DNA of 64,000 nucleotides, from NCBI GenBank assembly GCA_973895155.1, contig OZ316893.1, forward strand, positions 4,826,977-4,890,976. Direction: 5' to 3'. Both the position numbers and the translations under genes were made by a program. The notes beneath the pieces are model-generated. The model searched no databases, was not told where the DNA came from, and saw only the letters and a list, made by a program, of their open reading frames with translations. The stretch comes from Marsupella aquatica (taxonomy: Eukaryota > Plantae > Marchantiophyta). This document shows positions 34,887 through 46,793 of the stretch, piece after piece. Position 1 is the first letter of the stretch; every line of letters begins with the position of its first letter.

Positions 34887-35228
34887 TGTTGAGCAAAGAT
34901 GACATTCACAACGGCAAGTCTATGAACCATCCAGTGCACAAGTAGTCGACACACAAAGACATGTGGTTCACGTAAGCTTGAGACTACGTCCACGGGAACA
35001 TACAAGAGTTGTACTGCACTCTAGACCCATCGGCCATATATTGAGAGTCCCCCGGAGTCTCCACGACACAATATCTCTCAATCTCTCAACTGGCTCCATA
35101 ACAAGGAGCCTGAGTTCCTCCTATCTAAGCAAACACCGCTTGGGATATAATGTGCAACCTAGTTAACCTAACCTAGTCTGCGATGATGGTTTGAGATGGG
35201 GTCACAACACCCATGAGTTAGCTCAACA
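34887..35228 (-). mobile_element. Solo LTR related to the intact copia element
   Basis: TGTTGAGC...GCTCAACA ends; its reverse complement aligns by eye with the downstream ~250 bp of LTR 8243-8645 (TTGTTATGGAGCCA.TTGAGAGAT, CCCGTGGACGTAG, GTGTCGACTA, GGATGGTTCAT.G.CTTGCCGTTG); flanks TTTGG/TTAGT are at best a degenerate TSD. Confidence 0.85.
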
Positions 35229-37260
35229 TTAGTAGGTTGTGCGCCAACACATTTGTGCGGACCAATTTTAATTTTGGACAACAGTGCCTTGACTGTATAA
35301 TTACCCAACCCACAACATTCTGGGTGGGAAAAATCACTAGGGAGGGCTACTTTGAGATTTCCTGTGAAAACCCAGAACATTCATGCATGCCTCTTGCCCT
35401 CAGTTTGCAGGACACAAGGAAGCCTCTAGGAAGCCAAGATAGATGGTGCAATGTAGTCACAAAAGGAAGGAATGGGAGTTTTTTTTTTAATTTTAAGAGA
35501 AATCTGTGAAACCCCACAGAAAGGGAAGAGTTAACCACAATAATTGAACCCAAGATCTATCAGTCTTTACTCAAGTGAGCTACCACAAAGTCATGCCTCT
35601 CTAGGCCGAATGGGAGTTTTTTTAAGTGCAAGTATTTGTCACAGATTCTACCCCACAAGAAAGTATTATCGGCTTTAGGGAAAAAATAGCAAGTATTTTT
35701 CCTACTTTCTCATCTAGTCACATACCCTATTTGCCAGAATCTAACCATTTTGCTTATTAAATCTAGGGTGAATAGTGTTCAGAAATTAATCTAAGATAGT
35801 TACATGAGAAGTATTATTTTTCAGAATCTTCAGAAACACCAGGTGAGATTTTCCACTACCATGGGACACAGAGAAAAAGCATAAATTAGTTTTGAGGACT
35901 CCTCGATTATGTAAGCTTGTTTTATTAAACTATTTAGAGCCATGAAGAGTTGCATATTGGAATAGATAAATCAGAGGACAAAGAATAAATGGAGGATTCT
36001 AATGAGGTGAATTTTAGAGGTAGTTAGGACAATTTCATTGAAGACAAATAGGAGTACATTCTTGGTAATACCGAGGGTAATTCTCCATGTCGGGCTCCAT
36101 GCAAAATGTTTCGGGCCTTAGTACCTCTATGTCTATCCAGTACATGTAACATTCCATATTTCATGCAAAATATTACTTTGTCCATAGTAGTTGAAAGGTA
36201 TTAGAGTCCCTTGGTATTCCTCTACCCATATTCTTGTGGTATTTATTATGGGTCTGTTGTTTGTTACTCCTCTATCTATAGTAGCCAAAAGGTTTCTTTA
36301 AAAGCTACCTTGGTAAATGTTAGAGAACTTGAAAATTTTCTTGCTCAGTTTATTATGTTATTTTGGTAAATGTTAGAGTTTTTTTCTACTTCTCATTATT
36401 TCAAAAATGTTTAAATTAAACAGTAAATTGAAAAAAATTACCAGAAAAGACTGCTATATCTGGGACTATATCACTCACCACCCATCCAACGAAGATTATT
36501 TTTCTTTCACCCCTATTTACCATTTTCTTTGTTTACTTGAAATGTTACTTTTGTCTTTACAGTTACATGGTTTAATTGTTATTCTTTGCCATACCTCAAA
36601 CACAAATAGTCAAATTTGGTTCTTCTTGCACAACTAAAGGTTCTTGTTTGTGACAAATCATGCTGATGTGCCTGCAGGTGCATCCAAGAATTTTGGAAGG
36701 AACTTCCCATGGGGGTCTAAGTATGAAAATATTCTAGCAAGGAAGTTCTGGCTATAGGTACTATGTTGGTTGAGTATGGAACTGTGTAGTGGTTAAAGAG
36801 TCTAGCTGGCAGGGCTGAGGGCCCGAGGGAGTCCATTTCAAACAAAGGGGCCTCACCGAGGGGTTTTTTCCTTGGAGATTTGGAGGGGCCCCATCAAGTC
36901 TTTTTCTCCCTTTATATGTCGCCAGTGGTGGTTTGACAGCCGGAAGCTAAAGTTGTATCTATGAACCAAACAAAACTCCAAGCAACCCCTGTTACTTGCA
37001 CGCAGTCAAACTTGTCCATCAAGGTTGTAACCCCAAGGGTGCCCAATCCATGCTGAGCGATTCAAGTTCAGTGTTACTACTTCTACACACTAGCCTGATT
37101 ACATGTTCCTTAAATGTGAATAGAGATGAAAACAAAAGAAAAATTTGACTTGCCAAAAAGAGAATTATGTGCTTTTTCTTGGTCATCTTTGTCTCAGTCC
37201 CTCTTTTCTTCACCTCACTTTCAACTTTGTTCTTATTTAGAGTCAGTATCAGTTTAGGGA

Positions 37261-37645
37261 TACCTGTCCCCCAACTTAACAGAAGTTACTAAGGTGTCCT
37301 CCAGATAATTTTATTTACTAGCCTGACCCCATTCCGTATATGGGTTAGTATTGCCTCACTAGACATAACTCAACTCTGTTCTCATTGGCATAGGACCTCC
37401 TGCTGCCGTGTGGGAAGGCGCTCTTGACCCCAAATTAACTTGTTGATCTCCCCCCTCCCAGCAAGGCATAACAACTTCAAACATTGTTGTTTACCCAAGC
37501 AGAACCCATACCCATGTTAGGGTTTAGGTGATCAGTGCCCTGGCAACACTAACCCATGTACGAAATGGGGGTCAGGTTAGTAATAAATTTGTTTGGGAGA
37601 CACCTTCTAAGTAAAGTCCTATAGTTTGAGTGATAGGTTAGTAAA
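37261..37645. mobile_element. Fold-back element with ~95-bp imperfect TIRs (Mutator-like MITE)
   Basis: 37261-37355 is the imperfect reverse complement of 37541-37645 (for example CCTGACCCCATT.CGTA.ATGGGTTAGT.TTGCC). Confidence 0.7.
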
Positions 37646-38086
37646 AAGTTGTTATTGAGAAATACCCTCTACAGTGGAGGCTTCCTTCTAGACCATAACC
37701 CTGGGAAGTAGCTTTGCATCAGGAGGTTTTATAAGTAAGATTAGACTCAGTGATTCAAGATGAAGGTCAAGTGGAGTAAGTTGAATGACCTGACACTAGG
37801 GTGGTTCGGTTAGGGGGGCTTTACAAGAATGAGGGGGCTGTTCAGTGTCTGTCCATCCAGAGCAAAGCTGATGGCCATTTCCTTACACAAAAGTTAAAAA
37901 GCCTGAGAAAAATTGTGTCAGGTCTGGAAGTAATCAATGCAATTCACTGAAAAGAAGCAACCGTTTGCTCTAGGTTTTTAGACCACCTCAAGAGGAGGTC
38001 TAAGATTTTGACAAAAAACCTTACACACATGAGCAAAAGAGGGGACCCACAAGGGGCCCACTGACAGAGGACTAGGTTTGGTGATA

Positions 38087-38178
38087 CTTTTGCTTGATTG
38101 TGCCCCCAAGTTCATGTAAAGTGAACTGTGGGGCTTTTGCTTGATTGTGCCCCCAAGTTCATGTAAAGTGAACTGTGG
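38087..38178. repeat. Tandem duplication, 2 x 47 bp
   Basis: CTTTTGCTTGATTGTGCCCCCAAGTTCATGTAAAGTGAACTGTGG at 38087 and 38134. Confidence 0.9.
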
Positions 38179-41100
38179 CTAGTTCCAATGGCTAGGATTG
38201 CATCTCTCACTTAGAAGAAAAAGGAATTGCTAGCCCCAAGTTCTTGTAAAGGCACCCTTAGTACATTATTATCAGTGTCCAACCGCACCGCAGTAAAAAT
38301 TGTCCTACACAGTTAAGGCTTTTGGCTTGAGGCAATGCCGGAAGGAGCGAATCCGAAAAGTAAATGGAATTGCGGAATCTCTACAGTAGCATACTCTGCT
38401 CGAAGCAATTCAAACAAAATCTCATAGAGTGACGCATTCGAGGATAAGAATGATAAGGTCATTATGTTTATGAGGCAGGGAACCTACTAGAAAAACGGAA
38501 GGTGGTGGTCATTACCCTTTGGCACCCGGGTCGTCATTAAGTCAGAGTGGCATGGGTCCAGAGTTCCTGATACTTTTATTGAGATAATCGGAGAAAATGC
38601 ATGAACAACAGTGGATGAAATAAAGTTAGGCATGCAGTGTACAGTGTCCCGTCCATCCAGCGAAACGATTGAATGAGGTCATGACGATTTGGGTCCATGG
38701 AGAGCAATTGAGTATGTTTGTACAAGAAATGAATTCAATCGTCAAGTCAATCATTTGATGTTGATTGATGAATAAAATTGAATGACTTTCCGAATAGATT
38801 GATGTTTCGGCGATTTTTCTTTGTTCTTTTTATTGTTTCGTGTGTTGCTCCATGGATCTGAGTTTAATATTGAAGCACAGTTCATTCGGGGCAAAAGATG
38901 TTGAGACCGAGTATGTGCTAGCTCATTGTGCAAGTTCAAACGTAGCACACCACCGCTACATTGATTGTAGCCCCTATTATGACCTGTAGAGGATAAGTTG
39001 AGTAGGTGGTCGGATGCGACAGAACTGCAGTATCTTGTTGAGCGCTGCCCATCTGCACTTTCACTGAAAAGATTGATCGGTCGATTTACTGTTCCGGGCA
39101 ATTGTGTGTTGCATTAAGTAGAGTTTCGCGGTCAATCAATATTCAGCAATCATCGCCAATTCCCCTCATCTGTGACTTCTTGTTGCTGTATCGACAGCCT
39201 CTACTATTGCTGTATTGAAAGCAGTCAGTTCTTACTATCCCTCCTTGAATGAGATATTGGACACCTCAATCTCTGACCGCGAGACGAAAGCACAGCCTCA
39301 GGCAATCGGGTAAAATTATGCAGAGCCATTCACAAGTGAGGATTTGCAGAGACCCGCTAGGGTGGATATGCAGAGAGAGCCCTACGTCCTGCCGCCCCTT
39401 AAAATGACTGAAATGAACTTCATAGCCTTCTCCTTACATGTTGAAAGCATGTGTCTGGGTTACGTTTTGCCTCTAAGTGCCTACTTACTAATGAATGAAC
39501 TCGAAAAGATCTCCAGGGGGATAGGGACCGAAAGAGATCGATGGGTCCATCGGTCTGATACTAATAGGAGCCAATTTGGTTTACTCAAACCTAGCGAGAA
39601 CTAAATTGTAAATATTTGTTTGGGTATTTAGAGTACGTATATGCTCGTCTATACACCTGGCTTTTAAATACTTTATTCTGAATCTCTTTCTCCTCATTGT
39701 CTGTATCCTGCTTTGGCAGTCATATGAACTCTGTTTGATATGTGCTTTTACTGTAACCAACCTACATTTCATTTGTTTGCTGAACAATTAAAGGTGAATA
39801 AGTGATCCTCTGTTGGATGGGCCTGCTTTCGGTTTTCAAGGCAATAAGTGTAACTTAATATCATTACGAGTGCAGTATCATCTGCAAAAATGGGTTCACT
39901 GGTGAGTATATAGTATATTATAAAGCAGACACGTACCGTGTTCAAACTTTTGGAATACGAAATTGTAATGGGTTCATTGGTGAGTAGTCATCAAGCCGAC
40001 ATGTAGCGTTTCAAACTTGGAATATGAAAATGTATTGGTTATGATTCTGAATCTAAACCTGTTCACAACATCGAGGCATCACCTTCTTTTTTATCATGGT
40101 TGGCACGAGCAAAACTGGTAAGAAGATTGTCGTTGATGTTACTTGTTTGCACAGCAACAGGGTAGAGAATTCTGCAGATCAGTTGGCATGTGGATCCTAC
40201 ACAGTCCACAGGGCTGGTTGTCGCTAGAACACTATATCCTCAATTATTGCAAGAGCGTTGTCGTCACTAAGCAAGTATTGTAGCCAGCGTGCCATTGTTA
40301 AGAAACTTATACAAGGAATCTGTGAAGAAAGGGTTTTGATCCTAAAACGAAAAAACATCATTGTTTTAAGGAATGAAGTTGGTCCTGATTTAGACCAGAG
40401 GCAAAGTTTAGTGACAACCTTCAGTATGGCCTCATCTGAGTGTGAAAGTTAAGCTTAGACTAACTAAGAGGTTTGCTGTGAAGCTCCGATGGACTGGCAA
40501 AAGCTTGGATGGACAGGCAAAGCTTTGATGAACGTACTTTCTATCAGAACACTAAAATAAACTCGGATAGTACCTTTACACCTCTTGCCAAAATTCCTCG
40601 CTGTGATCTTTTACAAAAGTGAATAATCATTCCCAAAATTACATCCAAATCACGGTGGGTCCCTTTTCCTTTTCGGTGTATATATATATTGGCTGATGAC
40701 TTATGCAGTCCATGCCATGGGCAGGGAGCCTTGGTCCATCCTAGTTTCAATTTCCTCACCTGTCCACCAACCCAGCCTGTGGCAATCAGAGTGGGTTGCA
40801 ATTATCTGTTTGTCAAAGTTGTGAGTGCGCTTCTTGCCATCTGATACCCAAACCGATAAGAGCTACTGACAACATTTAGGAAAATAAGAGACCAGCAAAC
40901 AACGATGTATATTGCAGCTGCCACTCATGGATAATAAAGAAAATCTATGAAAGGCGCCTGGCGTTCAGAACAAGTTTAGCGTAACTCCAAGCTGAGCGTA
41001 ACTCGTTCGGAACAAGCTGAGCGTAAGGCTCTCCAGGATCAAATCATAGTGGAGCTTTTGTCCTTTTTGCCTTGAAATTCAACTTTCTAAGCTAGCTGCA

Positions 41101-44100
41101 TAAAGATGAGAGGGGAAGTCTCATAGTGACCAATCTTATATATAAAGCGCTAAAGGGAATTAGAGTTGAGGTCTAAGTTTCTAGAATAAAACCCTTAGAC
41201 ATGACTCTAGGGTCCCACCATAATACATGTGCCTAGAAAGGAGAATAATAATATATGTGCATAAAAAGAAGAATGTTATGTTTTGTATGATTGATAGAAT
41301 GATGGGCAAGCATGATGTTTTTTTTATCATTTTAGTATCTTCACAGATCTGGAATAATAAATATATATTGTTAGACACTTTTATTGTGAGTCCTCTCTTA
41401 TATAAATGTTAAAAAAACAATAGTCGGGGCTAGTGGTAGCTTAGTATTCAACAAATTAAGTTCGATCACATATGTAACTCAATTGTAACGTATTGGTTTA
41501 GTGTGAACCTGTGCAACTTTGACATGTGTGCATGTGGAGGTAACCAACCAACATGCATTTAGCTGACGCGGTTGATCTTTGGACGCCCCCACCAGACCCT
41601 CGTGGCTGCTGAATAATTACTACATCGTTTAATTAGCTTTTGCTTTCTTCTAAAGTACTCGTAGTCGTGTTGAGAGCATCAGTCCGATCTCGGTGCCTTC
41701 TTCGTGTCCTTTGGTTACGATCCCCTCGGGGATCCCCTTCAGTAGAGCATGCCCTTCCGCATTCCTGCAGTCAACTACAATGCTGTAGCGTCCCTCCACA
41801 GAATATCCTAAGATAGTTAATCACAAACGGGAATGTTTCTCAACTTCTCCCAAGGAGTTGTGACCGTGAAGATTCATTTGAGCGATTACTAAACGGGGCA
41901 CTAGCGAAGAAGGTGTTGGCCTTTGTGAAAGACCACGCAATCGGAACCGATAAAGAGTCTCGACACGTTTTACATGTTTAAGAGACTCCATCATCTTGCA
42001 AAAAAAATATTCTAGAGCCCATTCATACACTACTGTAGTTGCTGGCTGGCCATCCCTCGATTATGTTTAGAAGGTCTCCACTCCATTGATCCCCGCAGCA
42101 CTGAAATTAATTGGTAGCACTTGTGGCCCTACACGACAACAACATACAATCCCGGCTAGATTGGCAAATTACACCCATCCATATCTTTCTGGAATCAAGT
42201 GTCAATTTTAATTTGCTCTTCACAAGGCACCTAGTCGGACACCTCCCCTCCAAAGCAAAGTAAAAACAGAGAACCGCACAGTCGCTTAGACCCAGACTCT
42301 TACTGTACTGCATTGATTACTCAATAGTTCAACTATAACCGATCTAATCAACATGTTGCATCTGCATGTCTATCTGGCATGATATCTACCACAAAATGCT
42401 TTCAAGTGGGCTAAGTTAAACATTCATTGTAACCTTCCAATGATTGCTCAAATACTATTGTCCTTCATTCAGATCCGTTCGATACAGCTAGATCTTGGAT
42501 GCATGCTTCCAGGTCTCCTGCTCGAGGGGTTGAACAGCAGACAATAATCTCAACCAGGAATTATCTTGGCCGGAATCCAACTGGTCAGGCTAGGACGGTA
42601 CGTAAACACTTCTTCTCAAACAGAGCATAATGTGGCAACCCACAGTGTACTTCAGAGGGGCGTGATCGATCTCCGGAGCACCTGGGGTTCTTTCCCATTT
42701 ACCACCCGGTCCACTTATACATAGCTCAAGAGTGAGAGGAACCATTTTGACTGGGAAAGGACCCCTCGTCACAATTCTTCTTCGTCTTGAAAGAGCGAAA
42801 TAAAAACCATTAAAATCTTCAGAAGGTAGAGGGGTTAGTCCACGTGGGAGCCAATAGGTAGGGACTGCTCATAATTTTTGTCACTTCGTTCGGTGTGCCC
42901 TCGCTTCCTTCAGAAAAACTGCTTCAATCTGTATGGATTCAAATTCACCATTCGGGTTTTAACCTTTGCCTTGTTCACTGAGCGCGGACAGTCAATGTAC
43001 CGTCTGCACTTTCCCCCTTTCCAAATGTACCTTAACATCAAGATTATCCAGAATCTCAAATTAGTTAGTGCGTTCAGTCATTCATTCATTGTCTCTCTTT
43101 TTACAAGCTCCATTTCTTAATTGTCACCTGGGAGGCTGTTTTGCCTATATATGACTGTCTCTAGGAGTATTTTGGCAAAATATATGCAACCAGCTTTACA
43201 CGTCTGGCAAGGTATTTTTTGCGTCCCTTCCTGAACGAATGTCCCCTTAAAAAATGGTTATAATAAGATTTGGTGACCTTCAGTAAAGAAAATATCTTTC
43301 GAGGTGGAAGGAGAACGGTCATGAATCGTGTCTCAACTACATTTCGTTCGACAGTGTCAACTTCTTCCTCATTTATTACAAACACCGTGTATCCTTGGTG
43401 ACAGGTTTTAGGGTTCTATTGACAAAGCCAACGACATGAGTTAAGAAAGTTAACATATTGAAATCGTTGACAGTATTCAATGATGCCCTTTTACTGTCGA
43501 CCAACATACTTTCTTGGCTTCTGGCCGGTGAAAGAATCTGATGCCATTTATTTATCGCCGATGCTGTTGGGGAAGGAACATGCAAGTTTCGTACTTCTTA
43601 TTATGGGAATCGATCAAAAATCGAGAATGTGTCAAAGCATTTAATTTTGCATGCTATGTCAGAGTGACAATGTGGGTCATCTACACAAGGGAATGGGCGG
43701 GCTGCATTAAGTATATGTCTTTTTGATGAGTGGAAAGGAATTGGCTTCCTTGTTGACATTTACTGTACTTTAACGTTTATGCATACTTGCGACGAGGCAT
43801 GTAACACTTGTTCACTGATAAATTAAAATAGTTCTCAATGCAGACAGCCTGAGAGTAACTTAGATAAAACATTACTCATGAAAGATATCTATGATATTCT
43901 ATTTTATTTCCTTGGAAATCAATTTTTATGCAAAAGAAGAGAGCATACAATGCTCCCAATCAGGTCAGAAAGGATTGTTCACACGAAAGCCAATCAATGT
44001 AATATATTGTTCACATTAATTTGGTGTTATGCAAGAAATAGTGTTAGTACAAAATTAGTGTTACAAAAATTTGAATAAATGAAGAATTTTGCCAAAATCA

Positions 44101-44405
44101 TGAACACCCTTCTCAATCTGCAAAAATAATTCTTGTTTGGTTCAAAATCATGTTCAAGGGGTTGAGCCACTCTACTGGTTCTCTAATCTCCTTTCTTGTG
44201 CTCATTTAAAACAGTCTGGTTCTCTAACTTCCTTTACTATGCTAACTCAAGTGGGGTGATCCTCTAAGCCAATTCTTCCCAAGATTCTTCCAAACCAAGA
44301 TAACACTTCGTAATGGCATGTTGTCCTGCAGTGTTGGAGGAGCAGTGAATGACAATGAGGGACCCCGGCTGACCCAAAGGCTGACCAGATCTCCCAGTCA
44401 CCAAA

Positions 44406-45052
44406 TTAAATCTACGTCAAGTTAATGCTATTCAGGATTGTGGAAAACCATATGCTGCCCGTCTCTTGTCGTGATGCAACTTGCCCACCCAAACTAATGT
44501 GCAGACAACTGTTTATGTTCTGCCACCCTCACCGACGTGTATGACTTCCACTTTCCATCCCCGTCCATCCTGTCCAAAATTGGGCAGGAGCCATATCATG
44601 TCACACTCCGCTCCGACTGTTGCCCTGCTAGCACCCTGCATTGTACTCCAGGCCAGTGTCTGTAGGAATGTTGTGGTCACACGCACTTCCTTCAGGCACA
44701 ATGACAGTGCGCAGGGTGCATGTCTCAGATTTGTTTTAAGAAGCTTGTCGGAGCAAAATATCATTCTGCATGGAGAAAATGCATGTGACCACAACATTCC
44801 TACATGACAGTGGAGTAAAATGCAGGGCGCTAGTGCTCAAGGCGAGAGTGGGAGCAGAGCGTGGTATGGTGTGGCTCCCGCCCAATTGAACAGGGCTGAT
44901 GGAGACTGAAAGTGAAAGTCACTCTTGACGGTGAGTGTGGCAGAACAGAAATTGTCAGCGATTAGTTTGGGCGGGCAGGTTGCATCAGGGCAAGAGATGA
45001 GCAGCATATGGTTTGCCACATCCTAGATAGCATTAAATTGACATAGATTTAA
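44406..45052. mobile_element. Long fold-back / hairpin element (~300-bp arms, ~45-nt spacer)
   Basis: Ends TTAAATCTA / TAGATTTAA; arms pair imperfectly along their length, with a perfect 21-bp core (44661-44681 versus 44784-44804). Confidence 0.8.
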
Positions 45053-45413
45053 GTCACAGTGGTCTCCCAATCTCTCACCCTCAACCTTGGGCTGCAATAA
45101 ATACCCATTAAAAAAGATCTTTGGTTTAGTAAAGCTTTGGGGATATGTCACCATTATGAGTACTATTATTGTATATCATGTTGTGTGAGTTTAGAGCTTT
45201 TATGTGTGTGCTATTTGAGCATTTTAGGGTTTCTCTATGTTTGGAGGGATAGTTTTCCCTTGTGGTGGCTTGGAGGCTTCATCTTTCAATGTTGAGCCTT
45301 CAATTCAAGCATGAGCTTTGGTGGCTATTAATGGTGTGGCCGACCTGGTGGTGTGCAATGAACGTGGATTCCTTAAGTAAAAGGTGCATTGGGCTTAACA
45401 TACGTGTGTGATT

Positions 45414-45792
45414 GGATCCGGTGTGATTGATTGTGTATTGTTGGCTGCGATCGGATCCGGGGTGATTGATTGTGTATTGTTGGTTGCGATCGCTTCACGG
45501 TTTTGTTGAAGATTATTATGGATTTGGACATGTGTGGACATGAGTTCCACTTATATTTCATTCTCCTATGTTTGTTTCAATTGTGCTTATGTTTGGATGT
45601 GTGTGACATGCAATGTATGTGACATGCGATTATGTTGGTTGCGATCGCTTCACGGTTTTGTTGAAGATTATTATGGATTTGGACATGTGTGGACATGAGT
45701 TCCACTTATATTTCATTCTCCTATGTTTGTTTCAATTGTGCTTATGTTTGGATGTGTGTGACATGCAATGTATGTGACATGCGATTATGTTG
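45414..45792. repeat. Adjacent tandem duplications: 2 x 39 bp (45414-45491) and 2 x 155 bp (45478-45792)
   Basis: GGATCCGG..TGATTGATTGTGTATTGTTGG.TGCGATC occurs twice; TGTTGGTTGCGATCGCTTCACGG occurs at 45478 and 45633, with TGTTG microhomology at the end. Confidence 0.9.
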
Positions 45793-46161
45793 TGTAATGA
45801 TGTGTATGCACACGACAGATACCACATGTGATCCAAATGTAATATTCCATTGGTTGTCTATTAAAGAAAACATTATATAATATTCCTATTATCAATGTTA
45901 AATAACCTATTCTAGTTAACATAAGCTATGGATTATAATCTTTTTTAATTTTCTCGGTGAGATCACACCATTTTAGTTTCTCCACTTTACAAAAAACTTC
46001 TCAAAAAGTGACAACACTTATTTTGGATCTACTTGATCCTAAACTTTTTGTAATTCACTCCCCAAAGGCATGTCCTCTAGTACAACATACACAATCAGTG
46101 CATAGATTATCTACATAGGCAGGCCATCCACATGCCAGTTACAGTTACAGATGTGTACTCA

Positions 46162-46430
46162 GGGGTCTCACTATACGGGGACCTCCCCATCACATGCGAT
46201 GTTTTTAGGTCTCGGACCCCCTAAAATGGAAGAAAAAATATTGTTTTTTAACCCCTATAAAGTTTCAAAAATTGGATTAAAAAGACTCTAATATTTTTAT
46301 AAGTCTCAAAATTGGATTAAAAAGTCCCTATTGTTCTTCTACATAAATTTTTAAGTCTTTCCTTAGAACCATTTAAATGACTCTATCCTTTGTCGCACGT
46401 GATATGTTGTTTTTGTGGAAATAAAACCCC
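46162..46430 (+). mobile_element. Non-autonomous DNA-transposon/MITE family copy (relatives at 63610-63770 and 63779-64000, and probably inverted at ~59400-59645)
   Basis: The start GGGGTCTCACTATA...CTCCCCATCAC.TG.GATGTTTTTAGG.CT.GGACCCCCTAAAATG and the end TGTCGCAC.TGAT.TGT...TTTTGTGGAA.T.AA.CCCC are shared with 63610-63770. Confidence 0.7.
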
Positions 46431-46571
46431 TGAGGATGTGTATAATTTGCCTTAGCATGGCAACTATTCTACCTTCATCTCAGACTACATACATAGATTA
46501 TATGTCAGCACATAGGACATAAATTAGTGCATGACATAATTTAATATAGGTGTGATAGTAATTTGAATCAA

Positions 46572-46793
46572 TAATTCTCATCATTTACCCTAAGTATGTG
46601 CTACACTACATACAACCATATATAACTAGAAGCATCAGTCTATGACTTCACAAGACTTCAGGGGGGACTTGAGTCAACTCAGTAATTCTCATCATTTACC
46701 CTAAGCATGTGCTACACTATATACAACCATATGTAACTAGAAGCATAAGTCTATGACCTCACAAGACTTAAGGGGGGACTTGAGTCAACTCAG
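46572..46793. repeat. Tandem duplication, 2 x 111 bp, slightly diverged
   Basis: TAATTCTCATCATTTACCCTAAG at 46572 and 46683, each unit ending GGGGGACTTGAGTCAACTCAG. Confidence 0.9.

Noticed and set aside
36675-36930. Possible hAT-type MITE (CAG..GCATCCAAG...TCGCCAGTG), with a similar end GCTCCGCCACTG at ~30037
   Set aside because: Termini are too degenerate and no 8-bp TSD could be confirmed.
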